A stretch of DNA of 64,000 bases from Antedon mediterranea. Lineage: Eukaryota > Animalia > Echinodermata. Within the stretch, counting starts at the first letter, position 1. Each line of letters starts with the position of its first letter. Below are positions 1 through 27,049 of the stretch, in pieces. Where the stretch lies: positions 19,056,101 through 19,120,100 of the forward strand of contig NC_092677.1 in assembly GCF_964355755.1 (NCBI RefSeq), read 5' to 3'. The notes beneath the pieces were generated by a model. That model was given only the letters and a program-made list of their open reading frames with translations. It made no database searches and had not been told where the DNA came from. Both the position numbers and the translations under genes were made by a program.

Positions 1-99
1 GGGTAGTTTATTAAGGTTACGAACTCCCTACGAAGTTCAGAACGTAGCTCATTGAAAGTTGTTTATTGAGGTTACGAAACCAAACTGTTCAGTTTATAA

Positions 100-520
100 T
101 GGCATAATCTTTTTTCTGTGCACATTTTATGAAACAGGCTTAACGTACGTGTGCATGACGTTTGTGGTGCAGATAACTAACTCGTCAAAGTGACCAGTTC
201 AAGTCTATTTTTTTTCTTTCTGTTAATGTTGTGTCTCGCGTATTTCTAAAACTTTCAAACATGTTAACATTTTGTAACTTTCTTAACATATCGTCATTCA
301 CATGAAATTGTGCAGCTAACATTTTCACGATGTTTACAATTGCGCGCAATTGTGACTTGCGTGCGATTTTATTTTGTGTTTTTAACATACAGTAGGTCGG
401 AAACGAAACAACATTTTAAATTGAAACTTCGCAAAAGTGTAATTTATATCATGCGTTATTCTGTGTTGAAAAGAAATAGCAAATTCCACAGAAAGTTACG
501 CACGCACACAAGTTAAAAAA
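100..520 (-). mobile_element. Fragments of the Helentron/HINE-like repeat family (two copies joined end to start)
   Basis: About 100-210 is the reverse complement of the start of the 9766 element; about 210-520 resembles the reverse complement of its 10840-11150 region. Confidence 0.55.
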
Positions 521-2772
521 AAAAGATAAATCTACAGTAGTTGATTACATTACTACTTTTAGTGCTAGGAGAAAGTCTTTGGTTGCCAATATTATTTTGT
601 GATTATATTAATAATTTTTGATAATTTTCAGGAGCAAACAACACTTTTTATTTAGTTTAAGCATTCTTGTATATAGTACACAACTGCTGTTTTCTCTAAT
701 TGCGGTATTGGCAGTGGAAAACATAATCAAAGCAGAGTGAAGTGTGTTGTTGTACTGATCTTATTCTCAAGTTGATGATCTAATCCAAATATAGTAACAA
801 CACATCCTTCTAGTTTCTAAAAATAATAGTAACGAAAGGTGTAATGAATATCTGCAAAAAAAAGATAGACTTTATAAAATAAGAGTGCCAAACCTCCAAA
901 GCTAATTCACATGATGCTATATTTAGAATAATTACAGAGTATATGTCTTAAATTTGATTCTTGTAACGGCAAATTTATTTTATAATACATTACCATCTAA
1001 TTGTTCCAGATTATTACTTTTTCAAGTCTTATTATTATTTTTTTTTAAATACAGTTTCGTAAAAATTGTTTCTTTGCAATAATTTTGCGGTACTTATAAT
1101 ATCAAAGTAAAATGTTTTGCAATACTGTACTGTGTATTATGGAAGTCCATCACAAAATGAATACTCGCCCTTACCAAATAAGGGGCGACCGTTTCAGCCT
1201 TGCTTATTTCTAATTCTGACAGTTAAATCAATCGATTATTTCATCTTTTTTAACTTTTTATAGTGGTCAATGTTCCTTTTTTATTGTTGTGCAGCTTCCT
1301 GGCAACAAAATTTAATTTACTTTGGTATATGAAAAATTAAGAATAATAAAAAGACTTTAAATAGGCCATTTCACAGTTTTAATAAAGTTAATCACTTCCG
1401 TAGGGGAAAAAAAAGTATTTTTTTTTACTTTATAAAAAGACAAAATTAACAGTTAAATTCAACCGAAAACTCATTGACTTCCAGTTAATTTGACTAATTT
1501 TTGCTTTGAATAATACAGTTATGGTATATTAAAAAAAACATTAAACATTTTTTTTTCAGGGAGGACAATATATCTTTAAATAATCTTCATGTGATAATTA
1601 TTTTTCTGTTATTTTGTCAATAAAGTGTATAACTACATTCTAAATTTTAAAAGGTGTTTGGAGACCCCTCCAATGCACCCTGGCAATAGTATGTTACTAC
1701 TGTAGGAGTAGCAGGAGTGCAGGATTGTACAGTATATGCAATGATTGGTTTATTCTTGAATATTTGTGATTTTTTATGATAATAAATGTATTGATATAAA
1801 CTTATTATTTTTAATTAATGATAATTTAATTAATATAACAATGAATTCCTTATTTTTTAAAAGATAATTTATGTTATCATTTTCTTGTTAAATTCTCCAG
1901 AAGATTTTATTTTCATACATGTAATTATCATACAGATAGAATTACAATTTTGTCTTCTATAAATAGGTATTGGTTTAATATTTATATTTATGTTAGAGAG
2001 AGAATGATTTTGCTATAATTAATCATTTCTATATTCTATTTTGGATTTAGATTGATTTATCAGACCACTCAGATCATAAGGTCTGTTTTATCTTACTTGC
2101 AGGAAAAAGAAAAAAATTTATAAATGTGTGTCCCTGTCAAACTTGTGTATTAAGAAGACCAATATGTTTGAAAATTTTCCCTAAATTTTTAAAATAAAAT
2201 TTAAGTCAATTTCTGAGAATTATAGGCCAATTTAAACATGACGAGTGGTAATGGTAAGCGGAAATCTGTGTGTTTTGTCCCATCAGCAAGAGGAATTTGC
2301 GAGCGGTGTGGTGGAAATGAGATGTTTGTAGGCATCAAGGCTGCATGTTGCAGGAACTGCTAACTGACTGAGCAGTTAGCCTAAGCCAGGCATACAGTAG
2401 ACCTGGTTAGCTGATCAGTAATTAATACCAGTCATCGACATTTGTTGGCTAATAACATCCCAAATGTATCTTTTCTTTACACTATCCTTATACAATCAGT
2501 CACGTCGTTTGTATTTTTTAATAATGAAACTACGCTACGCCTACTAAGACACTCGTATTTATTGACATCTTGGACTTGACGCACGCACGCATGAAAAAAA
2601 AGTTGTTGATATATGATGTCACATCAATCATGTGGTTGATTGGACAGAATCAATAATTACTGCGCAGTATTTTGACAAAACAGAATCTGTTTCTATCCTT
2701 AGTGGATTTCCGCCACACTCGCGTCATATTGCGAATTTTGAAAAACGGTGTTTTGAGGGCGCTTTTGATTTA

Positions 2773-3621
2773 CCGTATATTTCGGTGTATAAGTCGCACC
2801 TGTGTATAAGACGCACCCCCAACTGAGAGTAAAATATCGGTATTTTCTATATCGTCGATGTATAAGACGCACCTTATATTTCATCAAAACAATGTTTTTT
2901 TTAAATTGTAATCAATATTATTGTAATAATATATTTTGTTATATCTACAACGGCGTCCTTTATTTAGGTTTTTTCTTACCTAGGCTCGGCCGCGCCCAGC
3001 CTCAACAAGTTCTTTCTAACTTGTTATTCATGAGTTTCGCCGCAACATCGAGTGCATGACCGTGTGTGTAACACGCACGTGTGTGGGCTAGCCTCGCTCG
3101 ATCATTTCGAGAGGGCGCACGTTTTCACGGACAATCGTATTCGATTAGTATCTATGTATCCGAGAAGTGTGTACGCTAGGTCCATGCTATAATCACCTGG
3201 AGAATATACTAGTCGAATACCGTACACCATGTGCCACCAAAAGAAGGGCTTGCGCTTGGGGTACGCCGATCGTGCGTATAACTACTGTATAAATAAATAC
3301 TATTCCAATCGTACGACGTAAACGTTTACAAATGATATTTTATCGGAGCGCTATAATGAACAAATCTTTTCATCATATTTAGTATAACATCATGCTAAAA
3401 TGACTTGAAAACTAGGCCTAGGCAGAAGCAGGTTGCCGTTACGTTAGTTAGTTACTGTAGCTAGGCCTAGCCTACTCAGGCCTAGAAAACGAGGTGACGA
3501 TAGCCTAGGCCTATGTACAATCTGTGTGGTGAGGCATTTATGTTCGGTGTATAAGACGCACCCTTAATTTAGAGGTCAAATTTGCGTGTCAAAAGTGCGA
3601 CTTATACACCGAAATATACGG
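2773..3621. mobile_element. pogo/Tc1-mariner-type MITE
   Basis: 27-bp perfect TIR CCGTATATTTCGGTGTATAAGTCGCAC, TA on both sides, internal TATAAGACGCACC subrepeats. Confidence 0.88.
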
Positions 3622-6600
3622 TAAACATTACAGCGAGCCTATCTAACCGCTGAGAATATATTGAGAAATAATAAGAAAACTCCCTAGCATATTAAAAAAA
3701 ACCACTTGACCCTATTTGGGAAAAGTATTTATTTATGCAAAATTGTGCAATGTATACTCAATAAAAATATCAGAAATAGAAAGATCTGGAAAAATTACAT
3801 TAAAAAAATTTTTTTTTTTTTTTTAGTGAATAAATTGATTTTCGGGACTATTCAAATGTATACCCCTTTTTTTGCATGTAAAAGAATAAGAAATTACAAA
3901 GTATCCTCCCAAATCTTGAAAAGGCGTGATTTTCAGGAAAACTGTACACATTGAGTATGAGGGATGATAAAATAACAGTTGAAATGTATGAAAAATATAA
4001 ATTTTCTGGGTGGAGCTCCACTTCGTTAATGTTAATTTGTGGAACTGATCTAATACAAGCTTCTTTTTTATCTTGCTTCCTCTTCAAAAAATTGTCTTGT
4101 TGTTGTCATGTTTACTATAAATAATGAAATATCCATTTACTTGCAACATTGTGATTTATAACAAAAATATTTTAATCTGATTCATTTCTTAGAAAAAATA
4201 ATAATGAATAATGTTTTTAAAATGAATTAAAAGATATAATTGTTTTTTGCACAATACTATTTGTAAGTTGTGACTATCGTTGCCAAGTAAGATGGTTAAT
4301 ACTCGTATCCTTATGCAAGCTTTTGTTGCTGGCCTGTCTTCCTAAGTGAAACGCTTCACTGAGCCTCAGCAAGGCCATTGTGAAGAGGCTTTAGTAGCTA
4401 TAAATAACAGCCAGCAATTCTAAAAATAGCTTTGTGCATAAATAATTATATCACTAGGTATACTGTAGTAATTGATGAGGTCTCAGGCTGGTTTGATGAT
4501 AGATTCTATTAAGGCCAAGATTATTCGTCTACGTTTCCTATGCGCTGTTTCCAGCTACACCCATTTTTCAACTTGTCATCAGCGATAATGATATGATAAT
4601 GTGCATGTAAACCTTTTTTGTGAATCACAGATGTGTTATGCAAATTATATTAATTATTAACTCATAATTCTTGGACAAATTATATCGGTGTCGGTTATAT
4701 ATCGTATATTGAAAAATTATGTATGTATTGTAGGTTTAAAGTGTATCAAAGAGTAATATTAAGAGTAATGCCGCTCATGTAAATATTTATTACAGATAGA
4801 TAAATTACTAAAAATTATACAGTATGTACTGTAATGACAAGGCAAATTGATAACTGATTAAAAATTATTTTGTTTCTTTAAATCGATAATAAATGATGAT
4901 ACCAAGTTACTCAATTTTCTTTGAATAGCTCAGTTGAAGAATTATTTTGATTTATATTATTATAATTTTATTTTGTTATTTTATTTCATCATCACCCTAC
5001 AGTGAGCAAACGTCACCATTACAGTGTCAATAATGTTCAATATAATTTAATAAATGGGTAGGTCGGTAGGAAATTTTTGTTTTTCCAAACCTAAAATGTG
5101 TTACCGGCAAAAAAATAAACATAAATTATGCAAAAAGACCACATCACTTTCATGTTTTCTTTTCATAGCACCCTAGGGTCACGCTAGCTGTAAGGTCACA
5201 TATAAAAAGAACTTGTTTAGGGTCACCGCCCGCCCCTGAATTTTGGCACGCATCAATTTTTTAACAATTTTTATTTATTATTTCTATAACAAAAATCTAT
5301 CGACAATCGCCGAAAAAGATTGTTTTTTTTTTTCAAATAATTTTATAATATTACTTGAATGTTATCTTTTAGTTATAAAAGTAATTAAATCGAGAATTTA
5401 GGCCCTAATACAGCTGACGTCAACAGCGCCCTCTATCTATTATCATGAGGTAAAGAGTGCAGTGTGTGACATGACAAGCGGTATCGCGTAGTGGCTATGT
5501 GAGTGCAATCCCCTTTCCGTTGAGAAAAAAAATCAGAAATTTATGACCGCAGAGGTATCCTTTCTCTGTCTTGGCGAAACAAAATTTCTTGTCAGCACGA
5601 GCCTAATTGGTTAACATGTTACCATATTATGCTTAAAAAAATCCCATCTAAAAACCAGCCTGAACAATAAATGTCACAGGCGTTTATCCGATTAAATACG
5701 GTATTAGGCCTAGCGCTCTTAATGTGAAAGTGCTTAACATCAAAATTATACAGTATGTAAATGACAGCCTTTTTCTCCGCATGTGAACAATTTACATTGT
5801 GTGGCCCTGATTTGACACGTTACTGTTCGTGATCTGTATAGCCTATCCTGATTGACCAAGCTGGATCGAAGGTTCTAGTGTGGACCAGGCCAAAAACAAT
5901 TTCTTTTTATCATACAGTTATTTACATAAGCTAATCTTGACAGTAAATTACAATTTTTAATTGAATATAAACATATAAACGGACCGATATTAGTTTGTTT
6001 TATATTCGCTTATCTCTATCTAGTTTATATCGGGAAACATGATTTGAATTTATTTGGAAAATCATCATAAAAAATACATACAAAGTGATAACATAAATTA
6101 CGGACATTTTCCAGGATAGCCCAAAGAGCTAATCAGCTTATTTCCATTGAGATCCTTTAACAATCTAAAATAAAAAATATAAACATTACAAAGTATTGCA
6201 TTAAACACATAAATATAACAAAAACAATAATATAAAAAACAAGTTAAATTAAAAGACTATGATTGACTTATATAGTTATTTGGTTGAACAGAAATGTGAT
6301 TTAACATTTTTCTTAAATTAAAATTAAATTTGTTTTCTATTGTCAGTTGCACACGCTTGCATTGTCATTTGGTTATTCTGGAATCTCCCAACTTGTCGCG
6401 AGATTTTAAAAAAAATTGTTATACCCCAGTCGTGGCAGGTATGATATTGTGTTTGACTGTTACATCGTATATCCAAAAAAAATGTATCAATAACCAGTAA
6501 AACTATTACATTGAAAAAAACTGGGAAAAAAAATGGAGATAATTAATTCACATTTTATTTAACACATATTTCCTCGCAGCAGAACAGACTATGTGTTGTA

Positions 6601-7299
6601 GAATAAGAGTAAGATCACTTGCAGCAATAGAAGCTACATGCATGACTGTGTTTAAACAATTCAGCCATATTATTATAATGGAACATTATAGCTCTGTATC
6701 AATCAATACAAAGCACAGGCATGTAATGGCTTGGCTATTAATAGAACAGCTTGGCTATTTTTAGCTCATCCAACCAGGCTGTATAATTAGAAGTTTGGTA
6801 GTCCATCAAGGCACCTAATATTTGTGGCAGATGGCTATTACTTGCATACAGTAAATTATGCTGGAGCATGTTACTTCAAAGGAATCAAATCTCTATTAAC
6901 AAATTATTCTCAGTGGCATGTCAGTGCACTTCTCCAGTACTATATTAACTACAGATTTTAAATCACATACTCTAGTATAGTAGTCGTTTAGTAGTACTGT
7001 GAGATGTATAACCTATTAATTCATTTATAGTATTAAGTATATTATTTTAAAATTTATACATTCTTAAAATTATTCTGATCTGATCTGATTTTTAAGGTTA
7101 CAAGTTGCATTTTATGTAAAAATAAATACTATATGGGCCTATAGCCCTATCTAACGTAAAAGTGATATCTAATGGTGATAATTAACATGCTCTTAAATGC
7201 ATGTTAAGTTAAGTAAACATTTTGAGAATTTTTACCATGTGATCGCGCTGGGAAATCAACTTGTTGTGCATGCTGTCTACTGTATAACTGTTATAAAAC

Positions 7300-7450
7300 A
7301 AATAATGAATGTTGTGTATTCGTTAAATGGCGAGAATATTTCATTTGATGAAAACTTGACTGCTCTATTTTCAACTCCTCGTAAAAAATTCAATTTTTCA
7401 ACTCAAGAAATATTCTCACCATCGAACTCATAATAAACATTCATTATTTT
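7300..7450. repeat. Imperfect palindromic repeat
   Basis: aataatgaatgtt..gagaatatttc on the left pairs with gaaatattctc..aacattcattatt on the right. Confidence 0.5.
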
Positions 7451-7656
7451 ATATTTATATATGTTGTTTTATAAACTACTATTGCATGGATAGTGTCATA
7501 AATTATGCCATTGTTTCAACCATAATAGAAAGACATAATATAGAATTGAATGTAATGTTTATTTTAATACAATCAGAAGTTTACCATTTACTTTCGATTG
7601 ATTTTAAAATGATATTTTTTAATGACTATTTTAAAATTATTAATATTGTTTATTAA

Positions 7657-8700
7657 CACTTTGACTGCCAAACACGAAGATCTTCGTTTTTGGAAACACA
7701 ACGCTTGACTGCCAAACACGAAGATCTTCGTTTTTCGCGTTTTTTTACGAAATCCGGTAGATAGGTTAATTATTGGTATATACTATAAATATGGACACTA
7801 TATTCGGTCTGGACCGTGAATATTTTACTTTTTGAAAGTAACTAATCTGGTTACGAACAATTGTCAAAATGGTACCTGTCGAAATAACATACACCGCGCA
7901 TCACAGTAGCGCGTACAGCGATGGTTTGGCGCATTGTGTATCGGTCGCGCGCTAGCTATGCCGCCGAAGCATTACAAAGGTTTATGTGGATTGGCATGTT
8001 TGTTTGTTAGCTGAATAAAAAATAATGGATGAATTTTCAATATGAAGTCTTTAATTTTATTATTGTATATACCCTAATTGTTTTGGTGTTTCACTGTAAG
8101 TAAGTGGCAGAGTTTCACGCAACAAACTTGTTAGAAATGGTATGAATATTATCATCAGTTTACTAGCTAGGCTAGTAGTACTAGGCTATAGCCTAAGCTT
8201 AGTCGTAAAACAGTTCCGGACCAACTTTAGGCCTAGTTAACTAGGCCTAGTGTCTTTACTATGTGGATTTTGGCGAAACATTGATGTAAGATTTATGATT
8301 TATAAAATGTAATACATTTTTCGATAGTGATAACTTGTTTTTATAGGCCTACCGGTGCCGTGTAAGTAACTTTTTCGTTGTTTGTTGATCTCACCGGGCG
8401 ATATTTTCATATTGTGATGTCTTGCACAAAATCGCGAATATCTCGACTTTCTTGCGCGAAACTACGAAAAACTCAAAAAGTGGATTACTTTCATTTTACT
8501 ATTACGATTTACATATTGCGATTTGAAAATCGTTCTTGGTACCATTGTAAAGCTAAAATCTTTATGATTATTTTAGTCTAAATTACATGTAAATCAGATC
8601 ACATACATAGTTTCAATCAGCTATAATAAGAACATCGAATTGGGCTATAAACGCTGGCGGTGGCAGTTTCTAACTGGAAAAACCTCTGGCAGTCAAAGTG
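7657..8700. mobile_element. piggyBac-type non-autonomous element
   Basis: TTAA TSD (7653-7656, 8701-8704), 14-bp TIR CACTTTGACTGCCA, subterminal direct repeat. Confidence 0.85.
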
Positions 8701-9765
8701 TTAAGAATGGCTAATGTTGGGCTAAATCATTGCAAAACAATAAATACAACAACTAGAATCAATAAAGACTACATATTCTAAATAACAAAAATGAAAAAGG
8801 CTGAAATTTGAGTAGAATATTAGAAATTTAATGTATTATATTTATAGCTAGATTATGGTAGGTAGCCTACTTTGGAATACTCCAATTTAATTTAGAAACA
8901 GAGATTACATAGGATAATGGTGCAATCAAGAGGAAATATACTTAATTCTTAAAAAAAACAAAATAAAAGAAACGAAAGAAAGGAAAATTACTTGCACTAA
9001 GAAGATAAATACCCTGGATGAGCTATAAATGGAGAATTTGATTCTATCTGGAACAGCGTTTAACAACATTGCTGGCAATAGTTGGTTTGCTGGAAGTGTA
9101 AAAGGTCCTTAGCAGGCTAAATTTATTAATATAAATACAGTTATCAACAATAATAATAATAACGCATAGTTTCCTTTGCTAAAAATGTCTACTTGCGATA
9201 ACGAACACAGCTTTGGCGATATTTGACGCCACACCATGAACACATATTATAAATAACCTGGTAAGGTTGTGCTCGCTGCCGCTGCATCCTGTTTTTAAGG
9301 TCATTTTAAAAATAAAACTTGTTGAAACATTTACTGTGAACGTAAGATGGATTAGGGACATACTTCAACTATTATAGACTTCACCTGCAAATTTAAGATT
9401 ATGTTTGTCACGATTATAGGTACTGATTACAAACAACTGCCACGTGGTGTCTGGAAACAATTTGTTTGCAGCATGATATGATAGTAGATTGTAGTACCCT
9501 CGCCTCTGTTTGTGAGAAAATATGTACAATTCTCATAATGATGGGAAATAACAATGCACACGGCATTTTGTCTACCGTGCTTGTCTTTCACTGTTGGCTT
9601 TCCTTCTCAGTTTAATGATGTAACAACTTTGTTAATCTACAGTAAACCAATTATTAAATTTGATGTTTTTATAATCTTAAAGGACAACTTTACCAGTATT
9701 CATAGTGTGACAACATACCGTAGACCAACCTGTTACCCACCACACACCTCAAAAATAATTACAAA

Positions 9766-11230
9766 ACTAGACATGAAACTCGTCACTTTGACGAGTTAGT
9801 TATCCGCACGACAAACGCCACGTGCACGTCATACGTTGGGATATTGCACACAGAAAAAGATTATGGCATTATGACCTGAACTGAAGAATATGATATGTTG
9901 TTATTGCTGAATTCTGTTATTTTATGTCATATAGTATACACAGTATAATCTGTATACATATCACATACAGTGTAGAATAGGTGAAATTACGGGACCCGCT
10001 ATTTATTGCAATTTTTAACATGTTGACGGTTTTAAAATGAAACGCGAAGGTAGCAATTTCGGAAGGAAATTATCTCAGCAACAACATATTAACGTGTAGA
10101 AGAAATTTTAATACGTGAAATATTAATGCGCGCTCTTTTAAATGTAATGAACTATGACGCAAAATATGAAAATACGACTTTTTTTATTTAACTGGCCATA
10201 TGATGACGTCACAATATCCGATTGGCGAAAAGTTTGCATGATTTCGTATCTACAATCCAATAGCTTCCAGAAAACGTTTTAATCGTGATTATCACATTTT
10301 ATTCTTACGAGCTATTACAGATTAAAATTTACTGTAAAGATGAAATTAATGACCCACGTAATTAAAATTTTTAGGCATGATGACGTTATAAAAATTAAAA
10401 TATTTTTATCTCATGCTAAAGAAAATTGATTGACCTAGACAATATATAAATGTAGGAGAAAAAGGAATACAGATAAGCGTGATGCGCTCCATTGAATGTG
10501 ATGAGCAATAACGAAAGAGACAAAATCCTATATTTTACATTCGTGTGGCCATACGATTACGTCACAATGGTTTTTAGCCTTATCGATGCATGATCCGATA
10601 TCTACAACTCATCAACTTCTAGATTTTGTAATAAAAATAAACGGTTCACGGTTTACTTTAGAAACTATGACTGTTTTAAAAAAGACATTATTTTGATGAT
10701 TTTTAAAGCTTTTTCATAAAAAACGCGCACGAATTGTCTAATGCAATGTGTTCGTATGGCGTTATTTAAACTGGAAAAGGTCTAAATTTTTTTCAAAATT
10801 ACTAGGAAAGGCTTGAAAAAGGTGATTAGAAATTAATTTTGCGCATTTCGAAATTTTAAATGCGCGTGCGCGCGTAACTTCTTGTGAAACATGCCATTTT
10901 TAATCCGTAGAAAGTTTGCCCCTGATATGACTTAAATTTTGTCAAAGTGTCAATACTAAATGACTTTTGGTTTTTAATCTATGTTCAATCATTGAAATTC
11001 ATAAAATTGCGCGTAAGTCACGTTGCGCAACTATGACGTCATTCAAAAATAGGAGGTGCACAACTTCACGTAAATGCCCATATGCTGTCAAAGTTATGAA
11101 ATGTTATGTTTACACATTTTAGAGAAACGCGACTCACAAAAAGGAAGGAAGGAAACGAGAATAATACAGAAAAAAAATGTTGATCCCATACAATAACAAG
11201 GAGTTATCCGCTCTACCAAGCGGATAACTA
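9766..11230. mobile_element. Helentron/HINE-like non-autonomous element
   Basis: Terminal hairpins AACTCGTCA-ctt-TGACGAGTT and AGTTATCCGCT-ctacca-AGCGGATAACT, with shared subterminal AGTTATCCGC. No obvious TSD. Related copies at about 100-520 and 42091-42740. Confidence 0.6.
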
Positions 11231-12688
11231 ATTATCTCATTTAGTATTCTTTTGCAATTTCTTAAAATCACATTATTTTTCACACATAAATATTGCACAC
11301 ATAGGTGAGACATATGCTGCGCAGTGAAAGGGTTAAAATACAGGTCAAATTAGCAATTGTGACGACTTCATCAATTCAGGTTTGAATTTTCGATGTTCAC
11401 ATGGCCTATTTACGACAAAGGCAGTGCAGCGAGTATGCGTAATTGTTTTGATATCATATGTACATCCCAATATTAAGTTGTCAAACTATGTATACCGGTG
11501 AATTTATCTGGATTTTTGTTGTCACACTTTTAACTTTTTCTTACTCAATGCAGATTTTCTCATCTTCATTTTTTATAAGCAATTTCTATTTAAATTAATA
11601 AGATAATACTACTGTAATACATGAAGTATTCCTTTAATTTGAATATCTGTAAGCTACAAAATGAAAGCAATACCAGATATGGGACTTTGTGCTGTGTGAA
11701 TATTAATCTAGGGTGCGATTTAGAAAGTGACAACGTGCATGAGAGTATGGTATTTGTAGATCCAACCATGGCGGTACATAACAGAGGAGGTTGCGTAGTT
11801 TATACAGTGACGTAACATGGTCGCTGATATGTCAACATACTGTGATTTTCTTGCCTTTTTTTAGTGTTTATCCTTAAAATTCAGGAAAGTGATACAGTAA
11901 AAATTTAATGATTTTACATTTTTAACTATTCCAAAACCTTTTATTTTCGCGATTTGAGTTCCTCGTGTAATTTGTTGAATCAAATTGGCGAATGTATTTC
12001 GCCTCCACAATAAATGTCAAACAACAATTGAATACATCAAGTAAAATTACAGAATACACGATTTTAAATTTAGGATGTAAATAAATGTTTTGGCTATAAA
12101 CAGTGGGTGACACTTGCGTGTTTAATAGGCCCTTACAGTAGATAGTGAACATCCACTAATTAAATTACCTAAGAAATGCCGTAAGCTTTTTTATTCCAAT
12201 TCGAACATTATTTTTGAGAACAATCACAGCGCCACATGTGGCGATCGCTATCATCATTGTTTTGAGCGAGGCAGCGAATGCTGAGTAGGGCCTAGCTAGA
12301 ATTTTCAGTCGGTTGCACTTTATTTTAATGTTTTAATTATACCTGAACAAACAATATAAATAATAATCAGGGTTTGTAAATGTTTCAAAGACTACACAAT
12401 TAGAAGTTTATCGTAACTAACTAAGCCTATGCTAGGCCTGATCGACTGTAAACAACATTGTTGGGAATTGTGCGATTTTTGTGCACCCTTTATTTTCACG
12501 ATCATTGTTCAATCGCGAAAATAAAGGGCGCGCAAACATTTTGGGCTTTAAAGTATACTATAGCCTATAATGTATCATAGCCCCTCAATAAACATTAGTA
12601 TGGGCACGTACCGTTCAGTGAAATTATGCAAAATATTTAGTAGCATTAATAAATAGATTCTTAATTGGTTTTATTTTCTATCTTACAG

Positions 12689-26081
<13,393 letters not shown>

Positions 26082-27049
26082 CAACGTTTCATTGCAAAGA
26101 CAGGAGGGAATAGCTACGTTTGGCAGAAAACTGTACATAAGATCAAAATGAGTTCAAACGAAATTCAATGTCAACATAATGTATACCGTATACCCTAAGC
26201 TTTTACAGTCCACCCGCTCTGAAAGAAATTTTTGTTAGGAGAAAAGATTAGAAATGCGTGATGTAGTGTTTTTACAAAATCGGCATAAATGTGTATCAAA
26301 ATTATCGATGCAAGAATGATTTAACTGATGGGTTATAGTACACAAATATTTCTTGAACTTGAGACTGTAAACTTTTAGATTTAAAAGGAACACAATAGCT
26401 CAATATAAACACATCAGATGATAGAGACAATCTTAGCGTGTGAATTGTACACATAGACTGAATGTTGGTGTGTGGTAATGATCATTTTAACTAGCCAAAT
26501 ATGTTTTTTTTTGCTAGTAGGTTTAATGCCCTTTGAGGGAAATTATACAATGTGGTTCCCTTTTCAGTTTCCAGCCTCAATGTTTACATTGTGGTTCAAT
26601 TAGTGAAAAGGAATTGTACAATGTGAATGGGAAATTGTATGGTACCTACCATTACTTTAGTAATATGCATGTGTTTTACAAGGCAGTGTGTACTGTTAAA
26701 TATGTATAAGGCACATGGTGTCCTCAGCCCATGCATATCCCATCACCCATCATTCTTACGCACTTCAATCATTATTGTTTATTTAGTCAGTGACTTTTTG
26801 TCTTGTATAGATGGGATATGATGGAGAACATTAATTTCCAAATGACAATTCTAAACACTGATGCTATATATATATGTATATGAGAGAGAAAGTGTGTTAT
26901 CTGAGGTGTCTTAATATAAATCATTATTTTCTGTATAAAAAAATCAACTAGTTTAGAGCATAGAGAGGATGCATGTAAAAAATTGTTCAATAGCACTTTA
27001 AGACATTGTATTCTGAATTGTATTTATTTATCTTACGCAGTAATTGCTG

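Noticed and set aside
1-12688. Upstream GNAS exon (..YQLIDCAQY)
   Set aside because: No matching exon found by eye; it probably lies before the window.
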